The notes: generated from the sequence alone by a model not told the origin. Shown: positions 9,322 to 18,934, counted from the stretch's first letter. The stretch is 32,375 nucleotides of DNA from Alphaproteobacteria bacterium (GCA_017960745.1 JAGCYN010000071.1:1-32375), one strand, 5' to 3'. A program made the numbers and translations.

Positions 9322-9657
9322 ATGCTCCGGAATTGACATATTCGGGGCGGATTTTTCAGCAGTATATGGCAGGTTGTCTCGCTCATCTGGGGTGTTTCCA
9401 TCTGGGTTAAGCTCTGGATTATCTCAGCGGTTGCTTCAACAGTTTTGTGTTGGGCCGGGGGCGGTTTCTTGTCGTTAATTATGCCGGTCACATCGTTTTA
9501 TGTGCCGTTTTTAGTTTCATACGATGCTTATGAGGCCATGGTAACAGCATCTTTGTCTACCTGGGGATTTATTATCGGGTTGAACATCGTGGTATTTATT
9601 TTGTGGTCGATAAAATGTATGCTTGGATTTGAGAAGGAAGTATCACTTGAAATGTGA
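9322..9657 (+). pseudogene. Membrane-protein remnant or small membrane protein
   Basis: Hydrophobic reading frame 9337-9657. An in-frame TGA at 9334 lies just after ATG 9322. Confidence 0.35.
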
Positions 9658-9669
9658 TACTTCCTTTTT
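9634..9669 (+). terminator. Rho-independent terminator
   Basis: AAGGAAGTATCAC-7 nt-GTGATACTTCCTT followed by Ts. Confidence 0.8.
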
Positions 9670-9770
9670 GTTTTGAAAATGTGTCAAGCAATACTTACCA
9701 TCTTTTTTCGTGGCCAAATATGAAAGTTCCAAATTTGGAAGAACTTTACGAATATACATTGTAAAGGCAT

Positions 9771-9808
9771 AAAAAATCCCTCGCGGCACATGGCGGCGGG
9801 GGATTTTT
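9771..9808 (-). terminator. Terminator for the convergent minus-strand genes
   Basis: AAAAATCCCTCGC...GCGGGGGATTTTT imperfect hairpin with A/T tails. Confidence 0.6.
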
Positions 9809-9834
9809 GCAATCAACATCGGGGGTAATTGTTT

Positions 9835-10053
9835 TCAGAACGGCAATTTAATGACACCGCTACAATTTTCCAGTTTTTTGGTTTGTTGATTCAGAACAAC
9901 TTCTGAAGATTCGGCCCGTTGCGGATGATTCGGATTTTTCGAGGCCTGAAACAGGGTTATTAAATTCCGCGTCATTTCAACAAGCTTTCTGATAAAATAC
10001 ATTGTCAAAACAGCCAGTATAACAACGGCAATGATTGAGCAAATTGTTTTCAT
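9835..10053 (-). CDS. Small hypothetical protein with N-terminal TM helix
   Basis: 72-aa ORF with a hydrophobic N-terminus. Lies between a co-oriented ORF and a terminator. Confidence 0.55.
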   Translation of the reverse strand: MKTICSIIAVVILAVLTMYFIRKLVEMTRNLITLFQASKNPNHPQRAESSEVVLNQQTKKLENCSGVIKLPF

Positions 10054-10090
10054 ACGCAGTATCGGTTTAAATGTGATTTAATCATTTGAA

Positions 10091-10603
10091 TTAAAACGTT
10101 ATATCATCATCTGCATGTTCCGGCGCAACATAGTCGGCGGGAGGTTCTTCGGCATAGCGGATAATTCCGTGCCGGCGGCATTGATAATAAAGAGAGTCTT
10201 TAAACACATAGATTTCCAGGTTCCACAATTCTTTTCTGTCGGTAACAATTGTGTATTCCCGGAGCGGAATGTCATCGTCTTTGGCTGAACACATGGAATA
10301 TACTTCCAAACCGTCGATTTTATCGATAAAATTTTCCCGATAATCATCGTATTTCAGATACAATCTGGCGGTGGTGTATGCCGGCAAAGTTTCCAGGAAT
10401 TCCATTTCTTCCTTTGAAAAGGGGCCGACAGTTTTGGTCGCCGCCCACAATTTTTGCTGTCCGGAAGTGTAAAATTCAGAAGATCGATAGTATTCCAAAT
10501 CCATCAAAATTTCATGCCATGATGAGTTTTCATCGGCATGTTTGCAATCTTGCGCATAAAAACGTTTCCACGCTTTAACACGCTTTCTAATCTGTTCAAT
10601 CAT
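10091..10603 (-). CDS. Hypothetical protein with SSB-like acidic C-terminal tip
   Basis: 170-aa ORF ending ...EHADDDITF. Confidence 0.7.
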   Translation of the reverse strand: MIEQIRKRVKAWKRFYAQDCKHADENSSWHEILMDLEYYRSSEFYTSGQQKLWAATKTVGPFSKEEMEFLETLPAYTTARLYLKYDDYRENFIDKIDGLEVYSMCSAKDDDIPLREYTIVTDRKELWNLEIYVFKDSLYYQCRRHGIIRYAEEPPADYVAPEHADDDITF

Positions 10604-10822
10604 AAGCTATAATTTTAGAGTGTTAATAATTCAGATGTTATAATGATAGTCATTTAGGGGCACATTAAATAAAAATACGCTTAAAGTCAAGTTTATATCG
10701 TGAAGCATAAAAAACATTCTGCCGAATATCAGCGCCGAAAACCAATATGCCTTTTGTGTTTTTTTTGTTGCAGGTATAATTTTTTGCCGATAAATTAAAG
10801 GAAGATGTTTGAAGGAAGACGA

Positions 10823-12415
10823 ATGAAACCGACAAATTTTTATCAGATAAAAACAGCGTTCACGGCTATTGTTCGTTTAGCAAAGCGGCTGGTTACGGCG
10901 CCGAAGGTTATCGTTTCGCTGACTTCATATCCGCCGCGAATTAACGGTTTGCAACCGATGTTGGAAACGCTTTTCAGCCAAACCAAACAACCCGATAAAA
11001 TTATTTTGTGGTTGGCTGTTTCAGAATTCCCGAATAAAGAAGCTGATTTACCCCAATATTTGACACAGCTTGCAACGCAAAAGAAAATCGTGATTGAATG
11101 GTGCGATAATTTGAAACCGCACAAAAAATATTTTTATGCGTTGCAAAAATATCGCGATGATATTGTGATTACCGTTGATGATGATTTGTTGTTTGAGCCT
11201 GATTTGATCGAATGTTTGCTGGTCTCGTATCACCAATTTCCGCGGGCAATTTCGGTTATGCGCAGCCATATTATGCACCCGCGGGGCACAAAATTTGCCG
11301 ATTACGCCTGTTTTACGCAACAGCAAAATGAAATTATCGGCATTCCCTGTATGCGGCTTCTGGGGACGAACGGCGCAGGTTCGCTGTTTCCGCCGCGGTT
11401 ACTTGATTGGCGGTACTTCAATGAAGAGGCTATTAAGAATTTAAGCTTAAATACCGACGATTTGTGGCTCAAAACCATTGAGGTTTTATCGGGCGTGCCG
11501 GTCGTGCAACCGCGACCTTTCAACGGACTGAAATATGTTGAAAATTCCCAAAATATTGCGCTGTTTTATGAAAATACGCAGGCCGGCGGTAACGACATCA
11601 ATCTTGAAAATATCAGAAAATGGGTAGATGTCCAATTTGGAGAAGGTTACTTTTTGCGGCAAATTTTTGCAAATCAGCCGCTTTATAAATCGCGCCGAAA
11701 GCTCATCAGACGCAAAACGCTTTTATATTTTGTGCCCCATCAGGACGATGAGTTGCTGACGATGGGCATTGATATCAATACGGCGGCGGCTAAAGGCGAG
11801 GATGTGCACGTTATTTTGTGCACTGACGGTCGTAAATCCGGTGTCAGACAGCTGTTGAACAACGGGCAAAGCTGTGAATTACATCGGGAAACACACCGTT
11901 ATGCGTTGAGCGAAGCGGAATTTATTCGCGCCCGTGATGCCGAGTTTATTGATAGTTGCCGGTTGTTGGGTGTGCCGCCGGAAAATATTCATATTCCGGC
12001 AGAGCGCGGTGTTGACGGCCAGTTAGATTTGGTGACGGCTGAAACAATTATTCGACGCTATGTGGGGCAATATGGCAAAAAAGCCATTGTGAATGCCATT
12101 TATTTTGATAACGGTGAAATGCAACACAAAGACCATAAAACCCTGGGAAAAGCCGTTTATAATTTGTGGCAGCAAGGACTGTTTCATAAGGTAAAATTTT
12201 TCAAAGAACCATATTGCAAGGCAGCTGATAATATTTCTTTTGTGTGTCGGTTAGCGTTGCCGGAAACGGTGCCGTGCGTTTGCTCGGCAGCGTATAATTA
12301 CGGCTATTGGGCACCGGAAGAGGGACGGTATGCCATCGGATATCATTCGGTCCCGCACGATTTTGCCGATTTACGGCGTGAAATGAAGATGTACAGTTTC
12401 AAGTTGCAACGTTAA
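10823..12415 (+). CDS. GT-A glycosyltransferase fused to a PIG-L/LmbE-family deacetylase
   Basis: N-terminal IVSLTSYPPRI, PHKKY, TVDDD and DDLW. C-terminal PHQDDE, CTDG, R..EF and HKDH. Start 10823 has an AAGGA RBS; the track gives 10805. Confidence 0.8.
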   Translation: MKPTNFYQIKTAFTAIVRLAKRLVTAPKVIVSLTSYPPRINGLQPMLETLFSQTKQPDKIILWLAVSEFPNKEADLPQYLTQLATQKKIVIEWCDNLKPHKKYFYALQKYRDDIVITVDDDLLFEPDLIECLLVSYHQFPRAISVMRSHIMHPRGTKFADYACFTQQQNEIIGIPCMRLLGTNGAGSLFPPRLLDWRYFNEEAIKNLSLNTDDLWLKTIEVLSGVPVVQPRPFNGLKYVENSQNIALFYENTQAGGNDINLENIRKWVDVQFGEGYFLRQIFANQPLYKSRRKLIRRKTLLYFVPHQDDELLTMGIDINTAAAKGEDVHVILCTDGRKSGVRQLLNNGQSCELHRETHRYALSEAEFIRARDAEFIDSCRLLGVPPENIHIPAERGVDGQLDLVTAETIIRRYVGQYGKKAIVNAIYFDNGEMQHKDHKTLGKAVYNLWQQGLFHKVKFFKEPYCKAADNISFVCRLALPETVPCVCSAAYNYGYWAPEEGRYAIGYHSVPHDFADLRREMKMYSFKLQR

Positions 12416-12561
12416 AGGCTACCGCCGCGCTTTCCGGAAATAATATCTATAATTATTCCCCGTGTCACTTTGCCGCTGACCTCTTTTTAAAAAGGATGTT
12501 GCTCATCGCTAAAACGTATGATACGATGAGGGCGGTTATGAAAAAGCGGAGAGGATTGGCG

Positions 12562-13104
12562 ATGGCAGTAAAGCTGGTTAAACCGGATAGAAAATATTTG
12601 CCGAGTGTTTATGAGGCGGTGGCGGAATATCGGGCAACGCCGTCAAAATTCGGTATTCATATTGTGCAAAAAATGATTGCGGCAACGGAAAATGATTTTG
12701 CGGATTATTTCCAAAATATTGCCGATGAAGAAGCCGGTATCGGTTTGAAACCGGGGTATGTTACCCATACGGTGTATTGGTTGGTTGATGACAATCAATA
12801 TGTTGGCAGTTTTGCGTTGCGTCATGCGTTAACGCCGAGTTTGGGAAATATTGGCGGCCATATTGCGTATGAAATTCGTCCGTCACGGCGGCGGCAGGGT
12901 TATGCTTCCAAAGGGTTGAGGTTGTGTTTGGATGAAGCGCATAAAAGGGGAATTGAACAGGCGTTGGTTACCTGTAATGCCGAAAATATCGCTTCATACG
13001 GCGTGATGCATAAAGCAATGACGGCTTATGGCGGTTTTGAGGACAGCGAATATAAAAAAGATGAGCTCGTTGAAAAACGCGTGTGGATAAAAACCAATCG
13101 GTAA
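12562..13104 (+). CDS. GNAT acetyltransferase (COG3981-like)
   Basis: LRH.L, GGHIAYEIRPSRRRQGYA and LVTC...NIAS. ATG 12562 follows GAGGA. Confidence 0.85.
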   Translation: MAVKLVKPDRKYLPSVYEAVAEYRATPSKFGIHIVQKMIAATENDFADYFQNIADEEAGIGLKPGYVTHTVYWLVDDNQYVGSFALRHALTPSLGNIGGHIAYEIRPSRRRQGYASKGLRLCLDEAHKRGIEQALVTCNAENIASYGVMHKAMTAYGGFEDSEYKKDELVEKRVWIKTNR

Positions 13105-13110
13105 AAATGA

Positions 13111-13143
13111 GAAAGCGACACTTTTGAAAGTGTCGCTTTTTTT
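13111..13143. terminator. Bidirectional terminator
   Basis: AAAGCGACAC-loop-GTGTCGCTTT between convergent genes. Confidence 0.8.
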
Positions 13144-13165
13144 AAGATGATGAACGGGAATTGGT

Positions 13166-14935
13166 TTACATAATCTGCTCAGCCAATGCTTCCAACTCGG
13201 TCATTTCCTGTTCAAACAGGTGCATGCCGTCTTGCCAGAAGGTCGGGCTTGAGGCATCAATACCGAATTTGTTCAATGCTTGTCGGTAGTTTTCAATACC
13301 ACCGTCGGTCAGCATTTCCATGTACTTCTCGGCAAAATTATGAACTTTGCCCGATTTGTACACTTCGTAGAGCGAATTGACCACGCAACACGAGAAGCAA
13401 TACGAATAGACATAGTAGTCATACTCGAAGAAATGGTGAATACCGGCCCAGATGTATTGCACGCTGTTGGTATCGACGCTCGGTCCGAGGTAATTATCCA
13501 TGACGGCAAGGAACATCTCCTGCAACTTCTGCGCCGAAACTTCGCCTTTGGCCCGTTCCTGATGCGCCATATCTTCAAAACGATGGAAGGCAATCTGTCG
13601 ATGTGTCGTTGCAATCGTTTCTTCAATATGTTTGGCCAGCAGAATGAAGCGGCGTTGCGGATCTTTTTCTGCTTCCAGTAAGGCGTCAAACACCAGCTGT
13701 TCGGCAAAAATTGATGCGGTTTCGGCTTGGGCGCATGATTTTTCGCGGCCGAGTTCGCCGTATTTCTTGCTTAAGTGTTCATGGACGGCATGACCGAGTT
13801 CATGAGCCAAAGTGTCAATGTCACCGACATAACCGTTGAAATTTACAAACACGCGTGGCAGACAACCGACCGGCATTTCCATGCAGTAAGCGCCGTCAGC
13901 CTTGCCTTCGTGCGGATAGAAGTCGATACAGTTCTTATCAAAGAACATCTCGGCAATCCGGGCAAATTCCGGTGAAAACTCGGCAAATGTCTTTAAAATC
14001 AGTGCTTTGGCTTCTTCCAGCGTATAACGGCTGCCTTCGTCTTCAAAAGGATACGGCGCCAGTCTGTCTTGATACGGCAACTTGGAACACTGTAACAATT
14101 TCGCCTTCAACGCATGATAGCGATGTGCCAGCGTTCGCGCCGGAGAATCGGCTTTTGCAAACGTATCGACCAAGTTTTTTAAGTCATGGTCGTTGATGTC
14201 GTTGCTTAAGTTGGCCGCTTCGGCAGCGTAGGCATAGTGCCGCCATTCCTGTGCGATGGCGCGATGGCGCAGCAGCGCATTGTAAATCAACGTAAACAAG
14301 TCTTGCCGCTGTTCATACCACTTCATGCGTGCCGCTTCCGCCTCAGCTCGAAGGCTGACGTCTTGAGCGTTGTAAAGTTGCATCAGCTCGCCTTCGGTGT
14401 ACTTCTGACCTCTGATCTCAACCGAAAATTTAGCACGTTCCTCATTATAAAGGCGCACCCAATAGTCGGCAACGGATTGTTGGTCACAGAAGAGCCGTTC
14501 AAGCTCACTCGAGAGCGTATGCGGTTTAAATTTCAGACACTTTTTGAGCCAAGCACGTTTACCGCGTCCGTCATTATTATCCGGCAAAATCACCTGAGAG
14601 TAGTCCAGATTCTTACAAATCTCGACTTCAAAGAAGGTTAATTCTTTGTTGCACAGCTTGACGGCATCCTGCATGTTCTGATAGAAAGCACAAACCGTCT
14701 TGTCATTCAAATCGGTTGACCATACCAGATAAGCATAGCTTTCCAGACGATTCAACATTGCGCATACCGTCGCATATTCGGATAAGCAATCGTGGAAATA
14801 CATCGGCTCTAAAGAGGCGACTTTCCCTTCATACTTTTCGCGAAATTTTCGGCACAGCGATAGCGCTTTTTCACTTTCGACACAGGCATCATCCGATGAT
14901 GCGAAAATGTCGGTTAAATCCCATTTTTCACTCAT
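13166..14935 (-). CDS. pepF: Oligoendopeptidase F (peptidase M3B)
   Basis: N-terminal WDLTDIF, GKADGAYC, TLAHELGHAVH, AETAS.FAE and HFF..YYVYSY. Confidence 0.92.
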   Translation of the reverse strand: MSEKWDLTDIFASSDDACVESEKALSLCRKFREKYEGKVASLEPMYFHDCLSEYATVCAMLNRLESYAYLVWSTDLNDKTVCAFYQNMQDAVKLCNKELTFFEVEICKNLDYSQVILPDNNDGRGKRAWLKKCLKFKPHTLSSELERLFCDQQSVADYWVRLYNEERAKFSVEIRGQKYTEGELMQLYNAQDVSLRAEAEAARMKWYEQRQDLFTLIYNALLRHRAIAQEWRHYAYAAEAANLSNDINDHDLKNLVDTFAKADSPARTLAHRYHALKAKLLQCSKLPYQDRLAPYPFEDEGSRYTLEEAKALILKTFAEFSPEFARIAEMFFDKNCIDFYPHEGKADGAYCMEMPVGCLPRVFVNFNGYVGDIDTLAHELGHAVHEHLSKKYGELGREKSCAQAETASIFAEQLVFDALLEAEKDPQRRFILLAKHIEETIATTHRQIAFHRFEDMAHQERAKGEVSAQKLQEMFLAVMDNYLGPSVDTNSVQYIWAGIHHFFEYDYYVYSYCFSCCVVNSLYEVYKSGKVHNFAEKYMEMLTDGGIENYRQALNKFGIDASSPTFWQDGMHLFEQEMTELEALAEQIM

Positions 14936-15115
14936 AGAATAATAGTTTTAGTTGTTAAACATTATAATTTGATTGTGACGTGGAGTTTAGACGAAAATTA
15001 TTAAAAAAGCAAGAGTGAATATGTTTCAACCGCCAAGGACGGCAAATTATCGGCTTTACTTTTGTAAAAACGCGTATTATCCTTTGAAGAAATAAAGTCA
15101 TGAAAGGGGGAAAAT

Positions 15116-15409
15116 ATGAATATTATCGGTGAACTTTTAGGCTATGTCGCGGGTATTTGCACGGCAATCGTCTTTTTGCCGCAATCAATTCAAACGCTTA
15201 AAACCAAAGATGTTAAAGGGTTGGCCTTGTCCACCTATGTTATTTATAATATCGGGATGCTGTCGTGGATTTTGTACGGCATTTATTTACATTCTTTGCA
15301 AATGATTATATTTAACAGTATATCGTTTGTGTTTTCTTCCATCATTTTGTATCTGATTATAACCCAGAAAAAGAATCAACATAAAAAGGCGTCAAAAAAT
15401 GAAAACTGA
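15116..15409 (+). CDS. SemiSWEET / PQ-loop sugar transporter
   Basis: 97 aa, three TM helices, FLPQ...KTKDV.GL and W..YG. Confidence 0.88.
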   Translation: MNIIGELLGYVAGICTAIVFLPQSIQTLKTKDVKGLALSTYVIYNIGMLSWILYGIYLHSLQMIIFNSISFVFSSIILYLIITQKKNQHKKASKNEN

Positions 15410-15953
15410 AAAAGAAAAAATGCTGTCCGGTGAGCCGTTTAAAACGGGCGATGCCGAGTTGATGAACGATAAGAAAAATGCGCGTATTTTGGCTGAACAA
15501 TATAATCATTCGTCCGAAGATGACTTGATTTTCAGACAAAAGCTTTTGAAAAAGTTGTTCGGAAGATGCGGTGAAAAAATTTTAATTAAACCGCCGTTTC
15601 ATTGTGATTACGGGTATCAAATATCGGTGGGTGAAAACTTTTTGGCCAATTTTGATTGTGTGTTTTTGGATGCCGCCCCGATTGAAATCGGCGATAACTG
15701 CATGTTCGGCCCAAAAACCTGCATTTATGCAATATCCCATCCTTTGGAGCCGCAAGAGCGCCAAGAGGGTATCGGTTTACCTAAAAAAGTGGTTATCGGC
15801 AACAATGTTTGGTTAGGCGGCGGCGTAACGATTTTACCGGGCGTTTGTTTAGGCGATAACGTGGTTGTGGGTGCCGGTAGTGTCGTGACAAAGTCTTTCC
15901 CGAAAGATGTGGTTATTGCCGGCAATCCGGCAAAAATAATTAAAAAGCTCTGA
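15399..15953 (+). CDS. maa: Maltose/galactoside O-acetyltransferase
   Basis: EKEKML.G, PPFHCDYG, hexapeptide repeats and GNPAKIIK. Confidence 0.9.
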   Translation: MKTEKEKMLSGEPFKTGDAELMNDKKNARILAEQYNHSSEDDLIFRQKLLKKLFGRCGEKILIKPPFHCDYGYQISVGENFLANFDCVFLDAAPIEIGDNCMFGPKTCIYAISHPLEPQERQEGIGLPKKVVIGNNVWLGGGVTILPGVCLGDNVVVGAGSVVTKSFPKDVVIAGNPAKIIKKL

Positions 15954-15973
15954 TTTTGTTGTTTTGGTAAAAG

Positions 15974-16002
15974 AAAAGCAGCCGTTTTCGCGGCTGCTTT
16001 TT
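15974..16002. terminator. Bidirectional terminator
   Basis: AAAAGCAGCCG-TTTTCG-CGGCTGCTTTT. Confidence 0.85.
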
Positions 16003-16022
16003 ATATTTAGTGCGTCAATTGA

Positions 16023-16628
16023 TTAGAAATCATATCTTACACCGAGCAACAACTCGTGTGCACGCGGTTTGTAGTCTGTTTTTTCATAGATAACACCTGC
16101 ATGATATTTTTTCTCGAAATCACCGTAGGTAATGTAACGGTAACCGAAATCAATGCTGGTGCGGTCATAAATTCTATAGTTGATACCGGCACCAATTTGC
16201 ATTGCAGCGCCGCTTTCTTTAATGTGTTCATTGCCACCGCTGATTTCTGTACGGCCCCAACCTAAACCGACACCGACATAAGGTGTTACAGGAATAGCTG
16301 TTCTTAAATCAAAGTCATAATATGCATTAAATAACACACCCTGAGTTTTAATTTTGCCACCGTCCTTTTTGGCGTCGCCGTTTTTCGTATATTCTACTTC
16401 AATACGGAAATCACCGTTTATAACGTTAAAAATGTTACCGGCTGCGATTGAACCGCCCCATACTTCATCGTTTAATTTTCCTTTTCCTTCAAACGATCCG
16501 GTTACTTTTGCTTCATTACGAGCAAAAACGTATTTTGCTTTTGCGGCAACATAAGGGTTAAAATCAAAAGCAGATGCATTGGCAGCCGCGAAACAGGTAA
16601 CACCGGCCAGTAATAAAATTTTTCTCAT
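16023..16628 (-). CDS. Outer-membrane beta-barrel protein (Opa/porin-like, 8-stranded)
   Basis: Signal peptide, R.EVEY, NAYYDF, TPYVGVGLG, D.GYRY and terminal GVRYDF. Confidence 0.88.
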   Translation of the reverse strand: MRKILLLAGVTCFAAANASAFDFNPYVAAKAKYVFARNEAKVTGSFEGKGKLNDEVWGGSIAAGNIFNVINGDFRIEVEYTKNGDAKKDGGKIKTQGVLFNAYYDFDLRTAIPVTPYVGVGLGWGRTEISGGNEHIKESGAAMQIGAGINYRIYDRTSIDFGYRYITYGDFEKKYHAGVIYEKTDYKPRAHELLLGVRYDF

Positions 16629-16744
16629 AACTTGTTCCTCCTACAGTTGAAACGTGAAAGATAAATCTTTCAGCTACATTAGACTGGTATTTTGGTTAAA
16701 TGTCAAATCAAAAAATTTTACAACATGTAACAAAGTCTGAATGA

Positions 16745-16773
16745 TTGACATATCAGACTTGATTTGCTAGAAT
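16745..16773 (+). promoter_or_regulatory. Sigma70-type promoter
   Basis: TTGACA-17 bp-TAGAAT upstream of the NADAR gene. Confidence 0.7.
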
Positions 16774-16800
16774 TGCAGAGCTTAATGGATATGAACGAAA

Positions 16801-17262
16801 ATGGCTGCGGAAATTAAATTTTGTTTACCGATTGGGAAGTGGTGGTTTTTGAGCCCATATGCCGAATTTCCGATTAAAATGGAAGTGGATGGCGGAATGT
16901 ATGAATTTCCGACGGTTGAACATTATTATCAGTCTGTCAAATTTTATGCCGATGATGCGCGTTTTCATAAGGTTATGTGTCAGAAAAGTCCTGATGAGGC
17001 TCGATTGCTGACGAAAATGCCGGACTATCGAAATAATCGCCGTGCTGATTTTGAAGAAAATAAATATGCCTTGATGGAAAAGGGAATGCGAGCCAAGTTT
17101 GCCCAGAATTCCGCCGCGGCTGAAATGCTGAAGAAAACCGGCGATGCGGTTTTAATCAAATCATGCGCGGTGTGCTACAAATGCGGGTTTGGCGAAGGTT
17201 CCGGCGAAAACCGCCTGGGCAAAATGCTGATGAAAATCCGCGAAGAATTATCTGCTATGTGA
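16801..17262 (+). CDS. NADAR (YbiA-like) family protein
   Basis: FLS, FPTVEHYYQ..KF, AKFAQN, TGDA.L and GENRLGKMLM.IRE. Confidence 0.85.
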   Translation: MAAEIKFCLPIGKWWFLSPYAEFPIKMEVDGGMYEFPTVEHYYQSVKFYADDARFHKVMCQKSPDEARLLTKMPDYRNNRRADFEENKYALMEKGMRAKFAQNSAAAEMLKKTGDAVLIKSCAVCYKCGFGEGSGENRLGKMLMKIREELSAM

Positions 17263-17274
17263 AAAATTTCGGCG

Positions 17275-17303
17275 TTGACAAGTGTTTTGAAAGCCTTTAG
17301 CAT
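17275..17303 (+). promoter_or_regulatory. Sigma70-type promoter
   Basis: TTGACA-17 bp-TAGCAT upstream of the S66 gene. Confidence 0.65.
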
Positions 17304-17336
17304 TAGGCTGTATCAATACTTTAAGGCAGGTGAAAT

Positions 17337-18389
17337 ATGGCAATGACCGATTTAATCAAACCGCGTAAACTGGTTGCCGGCGATAAAGTGGCGATTGTTT
17401 CGCCCTCGTGGGCAGGCGCCGTCGTGTATCCGGCAAGATATGCGGCCGGTATTAAGCAGATGGAAGAAGAATTCGGCTTGATTGCCGTTGAAGCGCCTCA
17501 TGCAATGATGAGCGTTCAAGAAAATGCCGATCATCCCGAGAAAAGAGCCGAGGACATAAACTGGGCGGTTAAAAATGATGAAATTAAGGCAATTATTCCG
17601 GTGATCGGTGGCGATGATGCCGTGCGCTTGTTGCCGTTTTTGGATTATGATGCCATCAGGGCGAATCCGAAAATTTTGCTCGGATATTCCGATACAACGG
17701 CACTCCATTTAGCCTTTCTCCATGCCGGCGTAAGCTCAATTTACGGTCCGGCAATTATGGCCGGCGGTTTTGCTGAAAACGGCGGCATGTTCGAATATTT
17801 TAAAAATTCGGTGCGAAAAACCTTGTTTTCAACTGACGTTATCGGCAAAATTGAACCGAATACGGCCGGTTGGACCGATGAAAAGTTGCCGTGGCAGGAT
17901 CCGCAAAACCAATCCGTTAAAAGAAAACTCAAAAAATCAACCGGCAATAAAGTTTTGCAGGGCAGCGGCAAGGTGCAGGGGCATTTGTTCGGCGGTTGTG
18001 TGGAAGTTTTGGAAATGATGAAAGGCACGTTGGCGTGGCCGGATAAGGACTTCTTTGAGGGTGCTGTGTTGTTTTTGGAAACGTCGGAAGAAGCGCCGTC
18101 GGAAGATTATGTGATTCGTGCCTTGCGCAATTATGCTGCAACGGGCGTTTTGGAACGCGTTAACGGCATTATCGTCGGGCGCGGTGATGCATTGCCGGAA
18201 GATGATATGGACCGATATGACCGTGCTTTGTTGCAGGTGGTGCAAAGAGAATGTCATTTGAACATACCGGTTATCTCGCAGATGGATTTCGGACATACGG
18301 ATCCGATGTTTTTGATACCGTACGGTGCCGAGGCTCAAATCGATGCCGATACCGGTTCGTTCGCAATTTTGGAAAATGCGGTTATTTAA
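17337..18389 (+). CDS. mccF: S66 peptidase, MccF-like (microcin C immunity / LD-carboxypeptidase family)
   Basis: GYSDTT (Ser), FLETSE (Glu) and FGHT (His) triad. WTDEKLPW loop resembles the Trp-bearing loop of MccF. Confidence 0.85.
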   Translation: MAMTDLIKPRKLVAGDKVAIVSPSWAGAVVYPARYAAGIKQMEEEFGLIAVEAPHAMMSVQENADHPEKRAEDINWAVKNDEIKAIIPVIGGDDAVRLLPFLDYDAIRANPKILLGYSDTTALHLAFLHAGVSSIYGPAIMAGGFAENGGMFEYFKNSVRKTLFSTDVIGKIEPNTAGWTDEKLPWQDPQNQSVKRKLKKSTGNKVLQGSGKVQGHLFGGCVEVLEMMKGTLAWPDKDFFEGAVLFLETSEEAPSEDYVIRALRNYAATGVLERVNGIIVGRGDALPEDDMDRYDRALLQVVQRECHLNIPVISQMDFGHTDPMFLIPYGAEAQIDADTGSFAILENAVI

Positions 18390-18415
18390 ACTTATAACAA
18401 CGGACGGATGGCCAA

Positions 18416-18934
18416 ATGGTTAAAATATCTAATGCAGTCGATATGATTAACAACGATATTTGTTTTCAAACCGCGGATAAGCGGCGATTTCGCCTACGTG
18501 CGGCCGCCATTATTATCGAAAACGGTTGTGTGTTGTTTGCGACCAATGACTTAGAGAGCTACTATTATTCTATCGGCGGCGGCATCGAATTGGGCGAAAC
18601 TGCCGAAGAAGCCGTGTTGCGCGAAGTCAAAGAGGAAACGGGCGTCGATTATGAAATCGACCGTTTGGCGTTTATTCAGGAAAATTTTTTCAAACGCGAT
18701 GACGGAATGTTGAAGGATTTGTCTTGCCATGAAATTACATTTTATTTCCTGATGAAATCACGCGGCTCGCAGCAACTGAATAGTCACAGCATGACTGCCA
18801 ATCATACGATAGAAGAAAGAATGGTGTGGTTACCGATTGATAAATTGAGTGAATACGAAGCTTATCCGTTTTTCTTTCGCGAAAAGCTCAAAAATTTGCC
18901 GGCTTATCCGGAGCACATTGTTACCAAACAATAG
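18416..18934 (+). CDS. NUDIX hydrolase
   Basis: GGGIELGETAEEAVLREVKEETG Nudix box. Confidence 0.92.
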   Translation: MVKISNAVDMINNDICFQTADKRRFRLRAAAIIIENGCVLFATNDLESYYYSIGGGIELGETAEEAVLREVKEETGVDYEIDRLAFIQENFFKRDDGMLKDLSCHEITFYFLMKSRGSQQLNSHSMTANHTIEERMVWLPIDKLSEYEAYPFFFREKLKNLPAYPEHIVTKQ

